A DNA stretch of 64,000 nucleotides from Octopus sinensis (GCF_006345805.1 NC_043017.1:30504001-30568000), one strand, 5' to 3'. Positions 13,032-27,115 are shown, counted from the stretch's first letter. Numbers and translations: made by a program. The notes: generated from the sequence alone by a model not told the origin.

Positions 13032-13105
13032 ATATAGTCCTCTCTCTCTCTCTCTCTCACAATATTATATATATATAATATATATATATATATAGAGAGA
13101 GAGAG

Positions 13106-13300
13106 TCTACATATGTGGGGAAATTCTGTCTGTGGTGTGTTTGTGGAGTAGTTAGCTAACTCCTCCAACTTCCTTTTATCGATTTTGATGAAACTTGACA
13201 CGTGCGTAGAACGCATGTTTGGAAACCTCATGCGATACTCAGATTGTTGAAAATGTCGATAATAGCGCCCCTGAAAGGGATCCTTACATATATCTAATAT
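13106..13300 (+). mobile_element. Helitron/Helentron-like non-autonomous 5-prime fragment
   Basis: tctacatat...ttctgtctgtggtgtgtttg and gattttgatgaaacttgacac, the latter shared with the Helitron at 23714-24113; no clear 3-prime end. Confidence 0.4.
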
Positions 13301-14408
13301 ATTTCATTTTACCATTCAAGGGGAAATATTAAGTCTCCCAACCCGAACAGTGTTGACAGAGTGTTGAGCAGCAGTCGGTATTTTGTCATTTTGACACCCG
13401 TATGAATCATTGGGGTACAAGTAATTATTTTCCGAGATTGAGATGACTTAGAGTCCTCCATGTCATGTAACGTTTGTTGATCTACATCTTTAAACGTTAT
13501 GCTCTCCAACGCTGTTGATTGTTTCTGATAAATGAAGACATAAAGCATCGTTATATTTAACCCCGACACCATGTGTATATATCTGGATAAATCGAACACC
13601 TCATGATTCAAATACGTATAAATGATGATAAGAATTACAATTACATAATCGATCTTTTTTCCATTACATAGTACGCGGGCCTCTACGTCAGTCTCCCTAT
13701 TTTGATCTTTGTCTATCGGCGAAATATTACATCCTCTAACAGGCGATTGCAATGCTAAACAAATGTTCGGAATTGATGAACAAACGCTGAGATTTCTATC
13801 GATAATTGCAGGGAAATTGCCTTCTGCAAATTGACTAACAATGTTCATAATTATTTTACTGTTCGTTGGAAGATGATCATGTAATGTAAAACTAAAGACT
13901 TTTCGTTATACATCAACACAAGATGCTAATTATCTGTAGCAATCTCACTTGCTTTTCGGTGTTTAACACATACAATACAGACGATATGAAAATATCGATG
14001 ATTTTTCATATGAATAGATACACACACCAAGTATTCTATTTATATAAGATAGATATAAGCAAGCAATATTTCCTAAAGATTGTAGGTAACCTATTCATTA
14101 TCAATGTGTATTAAGATATTTAAATCTGCTTATGAATATTTTTGCATGCATATTCCAAAAGTGCTTCCTGAATTTAGCTATTTGCATCAAAATAGACCTG
14201 AATGTGTGAGCTGATATCATATTTAGTCGTTTCAGTGTCAAACGAAACAAACTAAAAATAGTAACGTACACAGCTTAATACATACGTGCGTCCAATGCCA
14301 CATATACACTCACTCTAACACACAATGCACGTATATGCACACATATATATGTGTATGTATGCATGTATGTATATATGTTTGTGTATATATATATATATAA
14401 TATATATA

Positions 14409-14439
<31 letters not shown>

Positions 14440-14589
14440 ATATAATATATACATATATATATACATATATATACATGCATTTATATACCTCGATTACGAA
14501 TTAAATTCCGTCTTCACCTACAAATTTTCCTTGCCTTATACTTATATATATATATATATATATTTATACATTCACACAAACACAGATAT

Positions 14590-14624
<35 letters not shown>

Positions 14625-14729
14625 CACATATATATATATACATACATGTATATATATATATACACATATATATTCACATATGCCTACCTATATATGTGCA
14701 AATAAACATATATATGAAATTATAAAACC

Positions 14730-15312
14730 ATAGCGAGAAATGTAACCTCATTCCCAAGATATTCATGAGCCTTACTTTTAGAAACGTCCAACTCCTTCCC
14801 CAAGTTCTCCAGACGTTTTATTTGATTTTTCATGAATTTTGGCCCCAAAGCGATTTCATCCAATATTGCAGGTCTTCCAGTGCGACTATCATCGTCCAAG
14901 CTTATCCCTCCAAATTCAAATTTTGGAAGTGACCTTCAAAAAGTTGATTCAACTACAGCATCATCACCATAAATATCACTATATGTTTTTGCTAGTCGTT
15001 GCTGTAGTTTTACCTTTTTTTTAATTACAGGAAAGTATTACAGTGCAAATATGAAATATTTTATTACAGTGCAAATATTACAGTATTTATTACAGTGCAA
15101 AGTATTACGGTGCAAATATGGAAGATTTGATTATCTATTTCAAAGGTCAATAAAAAGGTTACCGGAATGAAATATAAATCTATTTTTTGTCATAGAAAGG
15201 AAGAAGTGAATTAACCACTTCAAGCGTCGACAAAGTGTTACGTTTCAGGTGTGTTCAATGAAGCGTTAAAAGATTTAGCTTATAAACGTTCAGAACATTC
15301 GGGGCAACCTAA
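14730..15312 (-). mobile_element. Decayed mariner transposon, 5-prime part
   Basis: The minus strand starts ttaggttgccccgaatgttc (mariner-type TIR). Broken frames give KGKTTATTSKNI..DIYGDDAVVEST..KFEFGGISLDDDSRTGRP and ELDVSKSKAHEYL, the mariner N-terminal HTH motifs. Confidence 0.7.
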
Positions 15313-15362
15313 CAATCAAATACAGCGCATGCCTATGCCTATATCCATACCTGCGCCTATAG

Positions 15363-15411
<49 letters not shown>

Positions 15412-15914
15412 GTGTGTGTGGACGTGTGTGTGTGTTTGTGTGTGAGTATACATGTGTGTTCGTGCGTGTGTGTGTATTTTCATATATATATAGATATATA
15501 TATATATTATATATATATATATATATATGTATGTATATAAGAAACTCTCCAGAGCGTTGAATAGCAGAACGTCTACTGAGAATAAGTCCGAGGCAAGAGT
15601 TTAAGGCCTTAACTTCTCACACGTTAAATGGCCCGGGCTGGGCCGATCCGCCCCTAGATTTTGACACTTGTGTGCTCTTCTACGGTCGTATTTTATCCAC
15701 TTCGATATCGGGGACCTGCGCATTTAGACCACTTCATTTACTTGGACCCCCCCCCCCCGATCCGTTACATCAGCTTTCAAATTTACACTGAAATAAGGGA
15801 CGTTGGTTGTCATGGTAGCAGTGAATCGTCACACTACTACAATGACCCTCTTTAGAGTTGAAGTACTGAAATATTCTTTACTACTCTATGCACTAGACCT
15901 ACATTTTAGGGAAG

Positions 15915-16470
15915 GTGACCACTATATGCAATGGGTGTTTAATTTATCCACCACGAAAGGATGAAAGGCAAAATCGACCTCGGCGGAATTTGAACTCAGA
16001 GAGAGGAAGCACTCCGTCGGTTACGACGATGAGGGTTCCGGTTGATCCGATCAACGGAACAGCCTGCCCGTGAAATTAACGTGTTAGTGGCTGAGCACTC
16101 CACAGACACGTGTACCCTTAACGTAGTTCTCGGGGATATTCAGCATGACACAGAGAGTGACAAGGCCGGCCCTTTGAAATACAGGTACAACAGAAACAGG
16201 AAGTAAAAGTGAGAGAAAGTTGTGGTGAAAGAGTACAGCCTGGATCACCCCCCCCCCCTGTCGGAGCCTCGTGGAGCTTTAGGTGTTTTCGCTCAATAAA
16301 CACTCACAACGCCCGCTCTGGGAATCGAAACCGCGATCCTACGACCGCGAGTCCGCTGCCCTAACCACTGGGCCATTGCGCCTCCACTTTGAACTCAGAA
16401 CGTGAAGACTGACGAAATACCACTAAGCATTTCGCCCAGCCTGCTAACGTTTCTGCCAGCTCATCGTCTT
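15915..16470 (-). mobile_element. SINE group C split by a group B insertion
   Basis: 3-prime part at 15915-16000 and 5-prime part at 16388-16470 rejoin into one group C copy. Confidence 0.85.
16001..16387 (-). mobile_element. SINE group B (M2 + tail T1), full length
   Basis: 12-bp TSD tttgaactcaga at 15989-16000 and 16388-16399; tRNA-like head ggaggcgcaatggcccagtggttagggcagcggactcgcggtcgtaggatcgcggtttcgattccc. Confidence 0.92.
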
Positions 16471-18117
16471 GAAATACTAAAATATTACCTTCAAACGGTA
16501 TGAATGTAAATTTAGTTCCTCCACGACTAACTTCAGCTGTCCTTGATACTACCTTTGGGGCTGTGGTCCTTTTGCATCCAGACACTGAGATTTGTTTCAT
16601 AAGATCTTACGTTGATTTGACCGCAAAATATCTGACTTCAACCGTTGTGACGAAATCTTTTACTCAGAAGATGTCTTCGGTCAGGCTGTTTACAAGGCAT
16701 GCGTATTTTTGTTTTTGCGTGTGTGTCTTGGAAACGTGCTCATCTTCTAATTTACCCTCAAAGAGCACGGTGAATTCGATCAAATTCTGTTGCTTTGATG
16801 AACTTGTATTGTAACAGATATTCCGCCTTAAACCGTTCTTCCTACCCCGCATAACATAGCTGTTCCTGGATATGATATAATTTCTCTTGCCGTGTAGAAT
16901 ATCGTTGGAGATACTTGTGCTTTGGATTTTAATTTTGCTATACTAATCACGTGTACGATCTCCTGAAGCACAGCATGTACTTATTTACAAGACAGATGAT
17001 AATTTTGTACAGCATACAACTGCATATACGTATCACGTAAAAAAAATTATAAACTGGAAAACTTATAGAATAAAAAGTTACTAGAAACTTAGTAGCAGGT
17101 GTAATTCGGTTAGATACGCGTGTTACACATGGAACAAGCAATATCTTAAAAAGGTTATTTTCTCTTCGGCGTTCACTTTTCAATTCCTTCAATTTTGTTT
17201 CAATTCATAGCAAATCTGATGTACTTATGAAATTTTCTAAGCTATTTATAGAAAGGAAATTTGTTTTTGCCTTCAATTAATAGAACAGAATTTTCTAGCT
17301 TTTAAATGTTGGGTAATTTTAGGCAATCGAAGTCTCAGACAAATTGTTGTAGTAACAAATGAGGCTGTTATGTATTCTACATACCCGTCTATTGCCAACC
17401 CGTGTACCCTATCGTATATAATAGGAAAAGTTGAAAGCCGAGGACGATTCAGTTGATAGGGCAGACTTGTGATGAAAAGGAAAATTGTAATGCTAAACAA
17501 CCCGGTGGGTTACTATGATATAACATATCATTCCGCATTTTGTGATGTTAGGGTGTTCATTGTTAGGAGATTAGGTTGTCTTTTCCAGGAGTGCGAACTT
17601 TACATGAACTGAATTAAAATTTTTTTTTTTGTAATTTAACGTTCAGTTTCAGTTTCATTCAATTAATTTTGAGAATTTTATACATTACAAGCTTATTCCA
17701 ACAATTAACGGGACTTCATTCATTAAAACCTACGTCTGACATCATTGAATCTTTTGTTGTTATAATGTTGTCAACACGCACAGAATGTCAGCTTGCGAAT
17801 CCTGTTTTTCGATTAATTAAAAATTCCCCTAGTTTCCATCAATGTTTCTGGAAAAAGTGAATATCCACATCACATTTTCAACCATGCAACAAAATCGAAG
17901 ATGTTCATTTAATTGAAACATTTCATATAATGAAACCAAACAGAATAAAACTTGTAACAAAAATTTTATTCGTAAATTTTCTTCCGTATAACGTCTGCAG
18001 TTACCCTAACAAACCAGCAAAGACACAAAAGCAACACACATATGCACATACCTACAAATATACACATACGCATATGTATGTTTGTATATATGCACATTTT
18101 ATGTTTGTGTGTATATA

Positions 18118-18622
18118 TCTATAATAAAAAATCCCGGTCTGTGGGTATGTGTGTGAAAGATTATAAGGGCTGTATTTTTCAACTTATTTTCTCCAAATTG
18201 GGAAAATGCATTACTTATGTGCTAGGGATGGTTTTAGACGCTTAAAAGCTTACACATAATTAGTAACTGGCCCTCTGGAGGCAGAAAATACTCGTTCCCG
18301 CATTACGTGAAAAAAGGAGATAACTCTCCGCGAAGTAACTTTCAGAAAACGACTGTCTCCCTTACAGCCATTGGTCATAAAAAAGAAATATTGCATCGTT
18401 TTTTATTAGACTTACGTCTTTGAAAGATTTTAACATATTTACATCCGGTTTTGTAGCTTAAGTGACGTCTATATCTCTCTATCCATATCTCCCTGTCTAT
18501 CTCTCTATATGTCTTTATGTATTTCCCTCTATCCATCTCTATCACTAAATCTATCAATCTCTTTCTATCTATCTGTCTATATCTTATCTCTCTATGTATC
18601 TCGATCTTATTTGTCTAATTAG

Positions 18623-18657
<35 letters not shown>

Positions 18658-19995
18658 AATCACTCGCTCTCTCTCAATCACTCGCACTCTCTCTCAATCA
18701 CTCACTCTCTCTCAATCACTCACTCTCTCTCAATCACTCACTCTCTCTCAATCACTCACTCTCTATTGTTTTCACTTTCATTTTTCAAATGGTATTGTTT
18801 TCAATTAAAGTTCAATCGCTTCTGTCAGATTCACTGTAAGTTTTTAATTGCTATTTACAAACAACAACAAAATATTACAGAGAGAAAGTAATTTCCCTAA
18901 AAGTTTCTTATTTACTTTTGCAACGGTTTTGTATTTTTCTGCTTTTAACGGCTTGTTTCTGGTTCCTTCAATACCCTCTCTTTGGTTCACTGACAACTTT
19001 CGCTTCAAATCATAAAATTCATTATTTTCTGCAAAAATTGCTTATTTACCTTCTGCCTGTCTTATTAAGAAATAAAATTTCCGTTACCCAGTTATTTATA
19101 TTGTTTACTATCATCTGCAACCGTGGATTTCTGTATGCGTATATAACCATGCCTAGAAAGAAAGTGAAAAAATTGTCATCAATAAGGTAAACCAAAAGTA
19201 TGATTCTGTCCTGGGAAAGAGAGGCAGCTCCTGAAAGGGAAGGTTACCAAGAAACGAACAGACTGTGCACTACAAAAGCCAGAGTATCTCAAAGTGGTGA
19301 ACAGAGGTATGCACAGCTGACCAGGAATAGGATCTCAACTGCAGAACGAAGAGCAGTTGTAACAACTCAGAGAATCAATTTCTATGAAGCAGCTTTCTAT
19401 TATGATCCAATAGTTCATAATGACACTAGATATTCCATCGGTGCAATGACAAGTGAGCGCATACATTGTAAAGCCTGGAAGTCGTATGGAGGGACACTAG
19501 TATTGTGCTGCTGTGGTGGAAGGGTTAAACTCCCGCCCGGACATCGCCCAACATGTAGAGCCATTGACGAAACTGCTGTCATCAACTGAACAACTTTCCA
19601 AGCACTTCCAAAACACAATTAGACATTACAACGCTGCACTACAGATGATATCATTTGGAGCCATAAGTGAGGCAAGAATCATGCAAACCTTCAGGATCCA
19701 GGGTGAGATTTATCATCGAATTGGCTCGCTGTCAAATGAATCACCACAATCGGCCTTTCATTGTTTATAATCTCTACCTGGTTTTGGTTACAAAATAAGC
19801 TACACAAAACGTGTTCTTGAGTTGAAAACATTTTAACTTTTCCCTTACTTATGTTCCATGCTGGCATGGATTGCAGAGTTGTTAATGTATAATGTTGGTA
19901 TGTTAGCTACTAGCAGTTGAGGCTTGCGTAAACTAGAAGGCTTTTTAAATGTCATTATGCTTCTTAACTCGGGCAACGGCGGATATAACTGCTAG
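18118..19995 (+). mobile_element. Internally deleted Helitron with RepHel N-terminal coding remnant
   Basis: 19200-19770 encodes AAFYYDP...IGAM...HCKA.K....LCCCGGRVKLP and SKHFQNTIRHYNAALQMISFGA...TFRIQGEIYHRIGSL (Helitron N-terminal region). 3-prime hairpin-like ctcgggcaacggcgg then CTAG|T at 19992-19996. The 5-prime A|TC at 18118 is less certain. Confidence 0.75.
18651..18764. repeat. 18-bp minisatellite (ctctctcaatcactcact) x6
   Basis: caatcact recurs at 18657, 18675, 18695, 18713, 18731 and 18749. Confidence 0.9.
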
Positions 19996-20089
19996 TGTAT
20001 ATAAATATAAGCATATTACATATATACATTCATGTTATTCATATGAAATGTAGACACACATACCCGCACACAAATCCATATAGATAAGT

Positions 20090-20127
20090 TTATATATATA
20101 TATATATATAATATATATATATATTAT

Positions 20128-20176
<49 letters not shown>

Positions 20177-20248
20177 TAGATATAGATAGATAGATAGATA
20201 GGTAAGATAGATAAATAGATAGATAGAATATAGATAGATGATAGATAG

Positions 20249-20279
<31 letters not shown>

Positions 20280-20284
20280 GATAT

Positions 20285-20322
<38 letters not shown>

Positions 20323-20335
20323 TGATAGATAGATA
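20090..20335. repeat. (TA)n + (GATA)n microsatellite
   Basis: Direct inspection. Confidence 0.95.
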
Positions 20336-20819
20336 TGCAGGTGTGTATATGTGTGTGTATTTATGCATGAATTTATGTACGTCTATATGTATGTATGTAT
20401 ATGTTTGTATGGATGCAAATATGCGTATCGAAGTGTATGTAAAACACAGTGTCTGCGCGATTGAATTTGTGTTATCCAATAATTCACTGTAGACTTATGA
20501 GTTGAAAAGTGACTGAAGGAGAACAGCAGATTAAGGGAAAACCTAATATACTGGAGATGTAGCATATGAGAGCAGAATAGTAAAGAGGGTATAAAAAGAA
20601 GTGGGAGACAGAAAAGGAGAGAGAGAAAGAGAGAGAGAGAGAGAGAAGTAGGAAGAGAAAGTGAAAGTAGCATGCGTTTTGATTTGTTATTGGAGTATTG
20701 ACCTTTATTGAAGTATATATGTTTAATAACGCTGGGTTACTTCTTGGAGAGTAACATAAATTGATACACGCCAACGTACACAGACACACACACATGCACA
20801 TGCACACACACGCACACAT

Positions 20820-20858
<39 letters not shown>

Positions 20859-20898
20859 AATACATATACGTATATGCATATGCAATACAGCAAATTTA

Positions 20899-20941
<43 letters not shown>

Positions 20942-21132
20942 GTATGTATATATATATGTGTGTGTGTGTGTGTACATATATCATGTAAGTATGCATATAC
21001 ACATGTGCATATATGTGTGTATTTAGGTATGAATAATGTAGAAGCATAATAAAAGTTTATTAGTTTACATGGGTATATGTAAGTGCGATCAATCTTTTTC
21101 CACCTTTTTTCGGAAGGCCAAAAACCTATGTG

Positions 21133-21230
21133 GAAGAAGAAGAAGAAGAAGAAGAAGAAGAAGAAGAAGAAGAAGAAGAAGAGAAGAAGAAGAAGAAGAA
21201 GAAGAAGAAGAAGAAGAAAAAGAAGAAGAA
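21133..21230. repeat. (GAA)n microsatellite
   Basis: Direct inspection; explains the poly-E/R/K ORFs. Confidence 0.95.
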
Positions 21231-21749
21231 ATGTTTGAATTGGGTTTGTAGAACAAAATGCAATATATTATACATTCGTATTCTGTCTGCTAGTATGGGG
21301 AGGATATTCTCATCTGTTTGGGCGTCATTCGAACTTCCATTGAAATATATATCTCACAGCAACAGCAACTAATCTATTAGTGAATGGCGTCCCTAGTGGT
21401 TATTGTTCTTACACGTATTTCCTTTATTACCTAATGAAATGAGCTGGTTTGTCATTCGTAAATCAATTACAGACAACACTGTTGTGTGCAAACAGTAGGT
21501 AAAGTAGAATAAATTCGAATAAATTTAGTAAAGTGCCTTAATTCTATGGGGTGGTACCCGTTAAATCTACACGTTTGATGAACGTACGTAGTTCTGTGTC
21601 GACATATACATATATCTACCGAGTTTATATATTTGCCGAAATGAGTTGCTTTTGTTTCCTTTCATTGGGTTATATTGGAGACTTTATAAACTAACTGTTA
21701 TCAGTAACCCGTCATTTGGAATATAAATTACCATAACGTATATAATATA

Positions 21750-21794
<45 letters not shown>

Positions 21795-21960
21795 TATGTA
21801 TGTATTGCTGTACATTTTAAATTGATGTAATGTTTGCATTGTTTAATTAAAAAGGATTCTAATGAAACGATCGTTCTGCAGTATCTCTGGATATCCTTGT
21901 ATCCTTGTTGCTTATTTTCATCATTATATGTATATATATAGTATATACATATATATATAT

Positions 21961-22014
<54 letters not shown>

Positions 22015-22084
22015 TATTATTATATGTATATGTATATTATGTATATATAAATATGTATGTATATATATATATATATTATATAAT

Positions 22085-22115
<31 letters not shown>

Positions 22116-22149
22116 TATAAACTCTATATGCATCATATATATAATATAT

Positions 22150-22182
<33 letters not shown>

Positions 22183-23258
22183 CTATATATATATATATCT
22201 ACACACACACAACACATATATATATATATATAATTTAAATCATTTTAAATTTCAAGTATACACTACGGTAGCAAATACAGTCTCGGACATGTAGGTAGCA
22301 AGATACTTGACGTTGTCAATATGTTGAAGATTTTTTTAATTAAATGCCATTTCAATTTTAATGTTGCTGAATCTGTAACTCACGAAGGTCTTTTACAATG
22401 CTAAACGTATTTATTTCCAATTTCGTGTCCTAATTTAACATGTAGAATATTTCATTCACTACTAATACTTCTTAAGGTATATCGCACGGACACACATTCG
22501 TTTTAAACACAATAACATGAGAGATCCGACTAGCGGTATGATGTATGATACCATATATTTTTTCATGTTTATAGCAATATACATAGGATAGCTTGAAAGG
22601 GATTTAGTTATTTCATACCCACTTACCATCGGTAATTTGTGTCATGTATTTGGGGGAGGTATCCTCCACTCTACAGGTCACTGCAAAAGCGTGGGTGAAA
22701 ATGACAAGTTACGTTTCGTGCAAATCGAAAGGAATTAATAGCTTACGGTTGTGTTGTGCGAGGTTCAACCTATCTCGCTATCCCGGCCAATAGCTACGAA
22801 TAAATACATACGCATGCAAGAGACTCGCACTGCTCTGTCTATTTGCTAGTACCTTTATTTCTATTTCTATCTCTCTCCCCTATAATTTTCCCCAAATGTC
22901 TATGTAGATGGTGGTGGGTTTATACTCTCATCGATAAGTATCTAGTTGTCCTATCAAAAGGAATTACTGCTCTAAATTTTAACGACTGATGGGTTGAATA
23001 TACCGCAGTAATATAATTCTCTGGCAAGATTAATACGATACAGGGTATATTCAAAGATGTATATTTCTGAGATCTAGAGGCTTATTTCATCAGGAAGGGT
23101 TTATGCAATTCCACGCGCAATTTATGAGTAAAAAATATATATATATCCTGGGGTTGATTTCTTCGACTAAACGCTGTGCTCCAGCAAGTCCGCATTCACA
23201 TGACCGAAGCAAGTTAAACAATAAAAAAACTATGCCATTGTAATTCCGAGCAGCGGTA

Positions 23259-23295
<37 letters not shown>

Positions 23296-23301
23296 ATATA
23301 T

Positions 23302-23401
23302 NNNNNNNNNNNNNNNNNNNNNNNNNNNNNNNNNNNNNNNNNNNNNNNNNNNNNNNNNNNNNNNNNNNNNNNNNNNNNNNNNNNNNNNNNNNNNNNNNNN
23401 N
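23302..23401. other. Assembly gap (100 N)
   Basis: Run of 100 n next to a (TA)n tract. Confidence 1.
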
Positions 23402-23713
23402 CCCACATACACACACTAAATAAACATAAACGCACATAGAGATATAAGCATGCGCAAATGAAGACATACAATAGAAATACAAAATGGCTGACGGTTAGTA
23501 AAGAGAGACACAAATAAGTAAAAAGAAAACAAAGGACCACTGATGCGGTCACAGGAGTGTGACGAAAGAACTCTGGCCGAAATAAGATTAAGATTAATGT
23601 GAAAAATAAATAACACTGAAGCAAAGTAATACCAAATATATAGTGCGTGTGTTTTTAGTGGCTAAACTGGCAAAATGACCATTCCTAAATACAACAATAT
23701 ATATATATATATA

Positions 23714-24113
23714 TCGATATTATATATATATATATATATATAAACGGCAGTTTGTCTGTGTGTGTTTCTGTGTGTCTGTTTGGTTGTACCCTCACCCTGA
23801 CCACGGCTTTCAACTAATTCTGATGAAACTTGACACACACATAGCCCAATGTCATAATTCAAAACTAACGTAGCCAAAATTTTGAAAAGTTCCCCCAGTT
23901 CTGAAAAAAATCGATAAATTCGACATGGGGTCGAGAATCAGAAACACAAACCACAGACTGTCTAGGGGACGCAACTCCACCTTTTTAAATCTCAACAAAA
24001 AATTTACCATCATTTTTTTCCCATTTTTTTGCTATATTTTGGCTATAACTCTCTAAAAATGCTTTATAGTTATTTCCCTTACAAACCCGAGCAACGCCGG
24101 GCGATACTGCTAG
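23714..24113 (+). mobile_element. Non-autonomous Helitron, chimeric
   Basis: The 3-prime part (...ttatttcccttacaaacccgagcaacgccgggcgatactgCTAG|T) matches 6222-6616, but the 5-prime two thirds differ. Confidence 0.8.
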
Positions 24114-24270
24114 TATATATATAAAGATACAGAAATAATTTATTCTCAAACGCGGGATAATGCTAATACGATAGCATGAATAGGAATGTATATATATATA
24201 TAGATATATATTTAATATATATACACATATATATATATATTATATATATATACATATATATATATATATA

Positions 24271-24309
<39 letters not shown>

Positions 24310-24766
24310 TATATATATATATATATATATTATAAAGATACAGAAATAATTTATTTGAAACACAGGATAATGCTAATATGATAGCATGAATAGGATAACA
24401 TAACCACATATTGCAGACATTTTTCTGCAGTATAAGTATAGTCTATCCTGTTCATACTACTGTATCAGCATTATCGTGCATTTGTGAATAAATCACTTCT
24501 GTATCTTTCAATACATCTCAACGCTTCTAAAGCAAACTTTGTTTACTTTCACCGTAAATTGAATTTATATCACATACTACAGCATACACGTGAGTACAAA
24601 ATCCTAAATCTAACAACTTGCGATCTAAAGAGTGATATAACCCAGGACGGTCACTGCTAGCTCGTACTTGAAATTTTTCATACCACATCGTCATAAGTTG
24701 TATCGTACTTTACTTTGCAAGTTAAATTTATGATTTTGTGCTGATGTGTTTGTTGTAATCTGTGAT

Positions 24767-25300
24767 TTGGACAGGAATTTGGAACAGAGAGCAAATGTGA
24801 AATTTGGCCTTAGGCTTGGGAATTCTACTGCAGATACATTGAGCATGCTTCGGCAAGTTTCCAGCGACTAGGCAATGCATCATACGCAATGTCTTGAGGG
24901 ACCACGGCGTTTCAAATACGGAAGAAACCCTCGGAAGACGGTTAGCAATCTCGAAGACCTGCCCCGTGCGTCATCACGGAAAAGTGGGAAAAAGTCTGAC
25001 GTATGGGTTGGTGCAGTTAATCTACGACGAACTGGATTCTCCGCAACTGCACCCAGTTACTTAGCTCAGCTTACTTGAGATTTCCTTGCCATAAACAACA
25101 AGTTTTCCTTTCTGCATCTGCCCTGTTCACCAGATTTAGCACCTGCGAACTTCCATCTCTTCTCCAAGGTGAAAATGCAGCTCAAAGGTCAACGTTTTAC
25201 GCCGTCATCGACAACAAGAGCGAATCACAGACAGAACACGCGGACCGGTGTATTGGTGTGCATGGAGACTATTCAGAGAGAAATGACATTAAAATTATGT
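24767..25300 (+). mobile_element. Internally deleted mariner transposase relic
   Basis: EQRANVKFGLRLGNSTADTLSMLRQV...CLE...RFKYGR (N-terminus), then HLPCSPDLAPANFHLFSKVKMQLKGQRF (YSPDLAPSD motif) and CIGVHGDYSE (C-terminus). Confidence 0.85.
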
Positions 25301-25486
25301 AAATAAGTTACTATTTATTAAGGAGATCTAGTAGAGGAACGTTATGATAACCTCACCTGTTTATATTATTTATACGAATATATGTATGGGACCCTGATTG
25401 CTATTGTAAATTAATAGTGCTTCTATTGCGTATAAGTTATTTTCATTCAGCTGGCCGTCTTTCCCTCCACCCTTTCTTTCTTTTTT

Positions 25487-25889
25487 AGGAGTGACTGTGT
25501 TGTAAGTAGCTTGCTTACCAACCACATGGTTCCAGGTTCAGTCCCACTGCGTGGCATCTTGTGCAAGTGTGTTCTGCTATAGCCCCGGGCCGACCAAAGC
25601 CTTAGGTGGATTTGGTAGACGGAAACTGAAAAACGCCTGTCGTATATATATATATATATATATATATCTGTGTATGTGTATGTTGTGTATCTGTGTTTGT
25701 CCCCCTAACATTGCTTGACAACCGATGCTGGTGTGTTTACGTCCCCGTCACATAGCGGTTCGGCAAAAAGACCCCGATAGAATAAGTACTGGGCTTACAA
25801 AGAATAAGTCCCGGGGGTCGAGTTGCTCGACTAAAGGCGGTGCTCCAGCATGGCTGCAGTCAAATGACTGAAACAAATAAAAAGAAAAG
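25487..25889 (+). mobile_element. SINE group A
   Basis: Collinear with the other group A copies. Confidence 0.9.
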
Positions 25890-26760
25890 TGCACTCTAGC
25901 TTTTAATACCAATGATGTTTTATACCTTGCTTCTTATATATAGCAAGCGAGAAAACTCGTATATAAATACAGATCTGTAATTACACACAATAAATATGAA
26001 CTAATGAGACCGAAATACATTTGGTGCTCTCCCACCTACATGCTACGATGGTTATTGTTTTTAGTCTATATCCAATATATATTGTATTTTTATAATACAA
26101 CACAACCATTACGTGTTCTCTCGGGAGACATATCTAATTAAATTAAATTGAAACGATCTATTAGCATCAATTAAGATCTAAATATATGGCTAGTTTAATT
26201 TAATAGATCCTATTTCGCAGGTTGGACATAGGTGTATGCGAGTATATATATTATATATATATATATATATAAGTATATGTGTGTGTGTGCCTATGTGTGT
26301 GTGTAGAGAGAGATATGTTTGCATAAGTCCCTGTACGAATGTATATATGCATGTATAGCTGGTCATGGACATGTGTTTATATGTATGGAATTTAATTCTG
26401 CCTACTTCCATCACCATTGTATTCTTGCTATGTATTTATATTTTTCAATGAATGAGCTTTTCGTAATCGAAATAATTATATGCCAATGTTATATCGGAAC
26501 ACACAAATACCAATTCATTAACGCGAGAATAATATAAATGTATTTCTTTAGAAAAAATATCTTCTAAATTTTCAATTTATTACAATCAATATATATATAT
26601 GTATTTTTATTACGTGTATGTCTCGTGTATTTCCTTCACTTTCCCTGTTGCTGAACCTTTGCACATACACACACATATCCATTGTTACATATTTACATAA
26701 GTGAGATGTGTTATTTATACATGGATGTATGCTTACAGAGATGCAGGTATTACTATAAAC

Positions 26761-27110
26761 GCGAGCTAGGCGTGTATTCGTGGTATGGATTTTGTTTCCT
26801 TACCATAGTTCTCTACCACGGCTCTGGGCCATCAAAGGACTTGTTACGAGTGCATTTGCTGGCCGGAAACTGAAAGAAGACCGCCAGTGTCAGTTCATAT
26901 GTGTGTGCGAGCAAGGGTGTGTGTGTGTGTGTGTGTGTGCGTGCTTGTCCGTGATCACCTCTTCTCGAGCGGCGTTGGCAGGTTTACGTCCTTGTATCCT
27001 AGCGGTTTGCTTAATCAATGTGAGTATCAATTTCAAGTCGCGATTCGTTCGACTAAAACTCTTTTTATGTCGGTGCCCCCAGCATGGCCACAGTCAAATG
27101 ACTGAAACAA
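26761..27110 (+). mobile_element. Old, diverged SINE group A variant
   Basis: Retains ggaaactgaaagaag, an internal (TG)n and the 3-prime cagcatggccacagtcaaatgactgaaac. Confidence 0.65.
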
Positions 27111-27115
27111 ATGCC

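Noticed and set aside
14765-14800. UUCAUGA...GAAACGUC hammerhead-like string
   Set aside because: It lies in the mariner coding relic (ELDVSK on the minus strand) and has no stem II.
16500-16950. Possible ancient LINE RT remnant on the minus strand (FDRIHRAL)
   Set aside because: Only one short motif-like string amid many stops; spacing does not fit.
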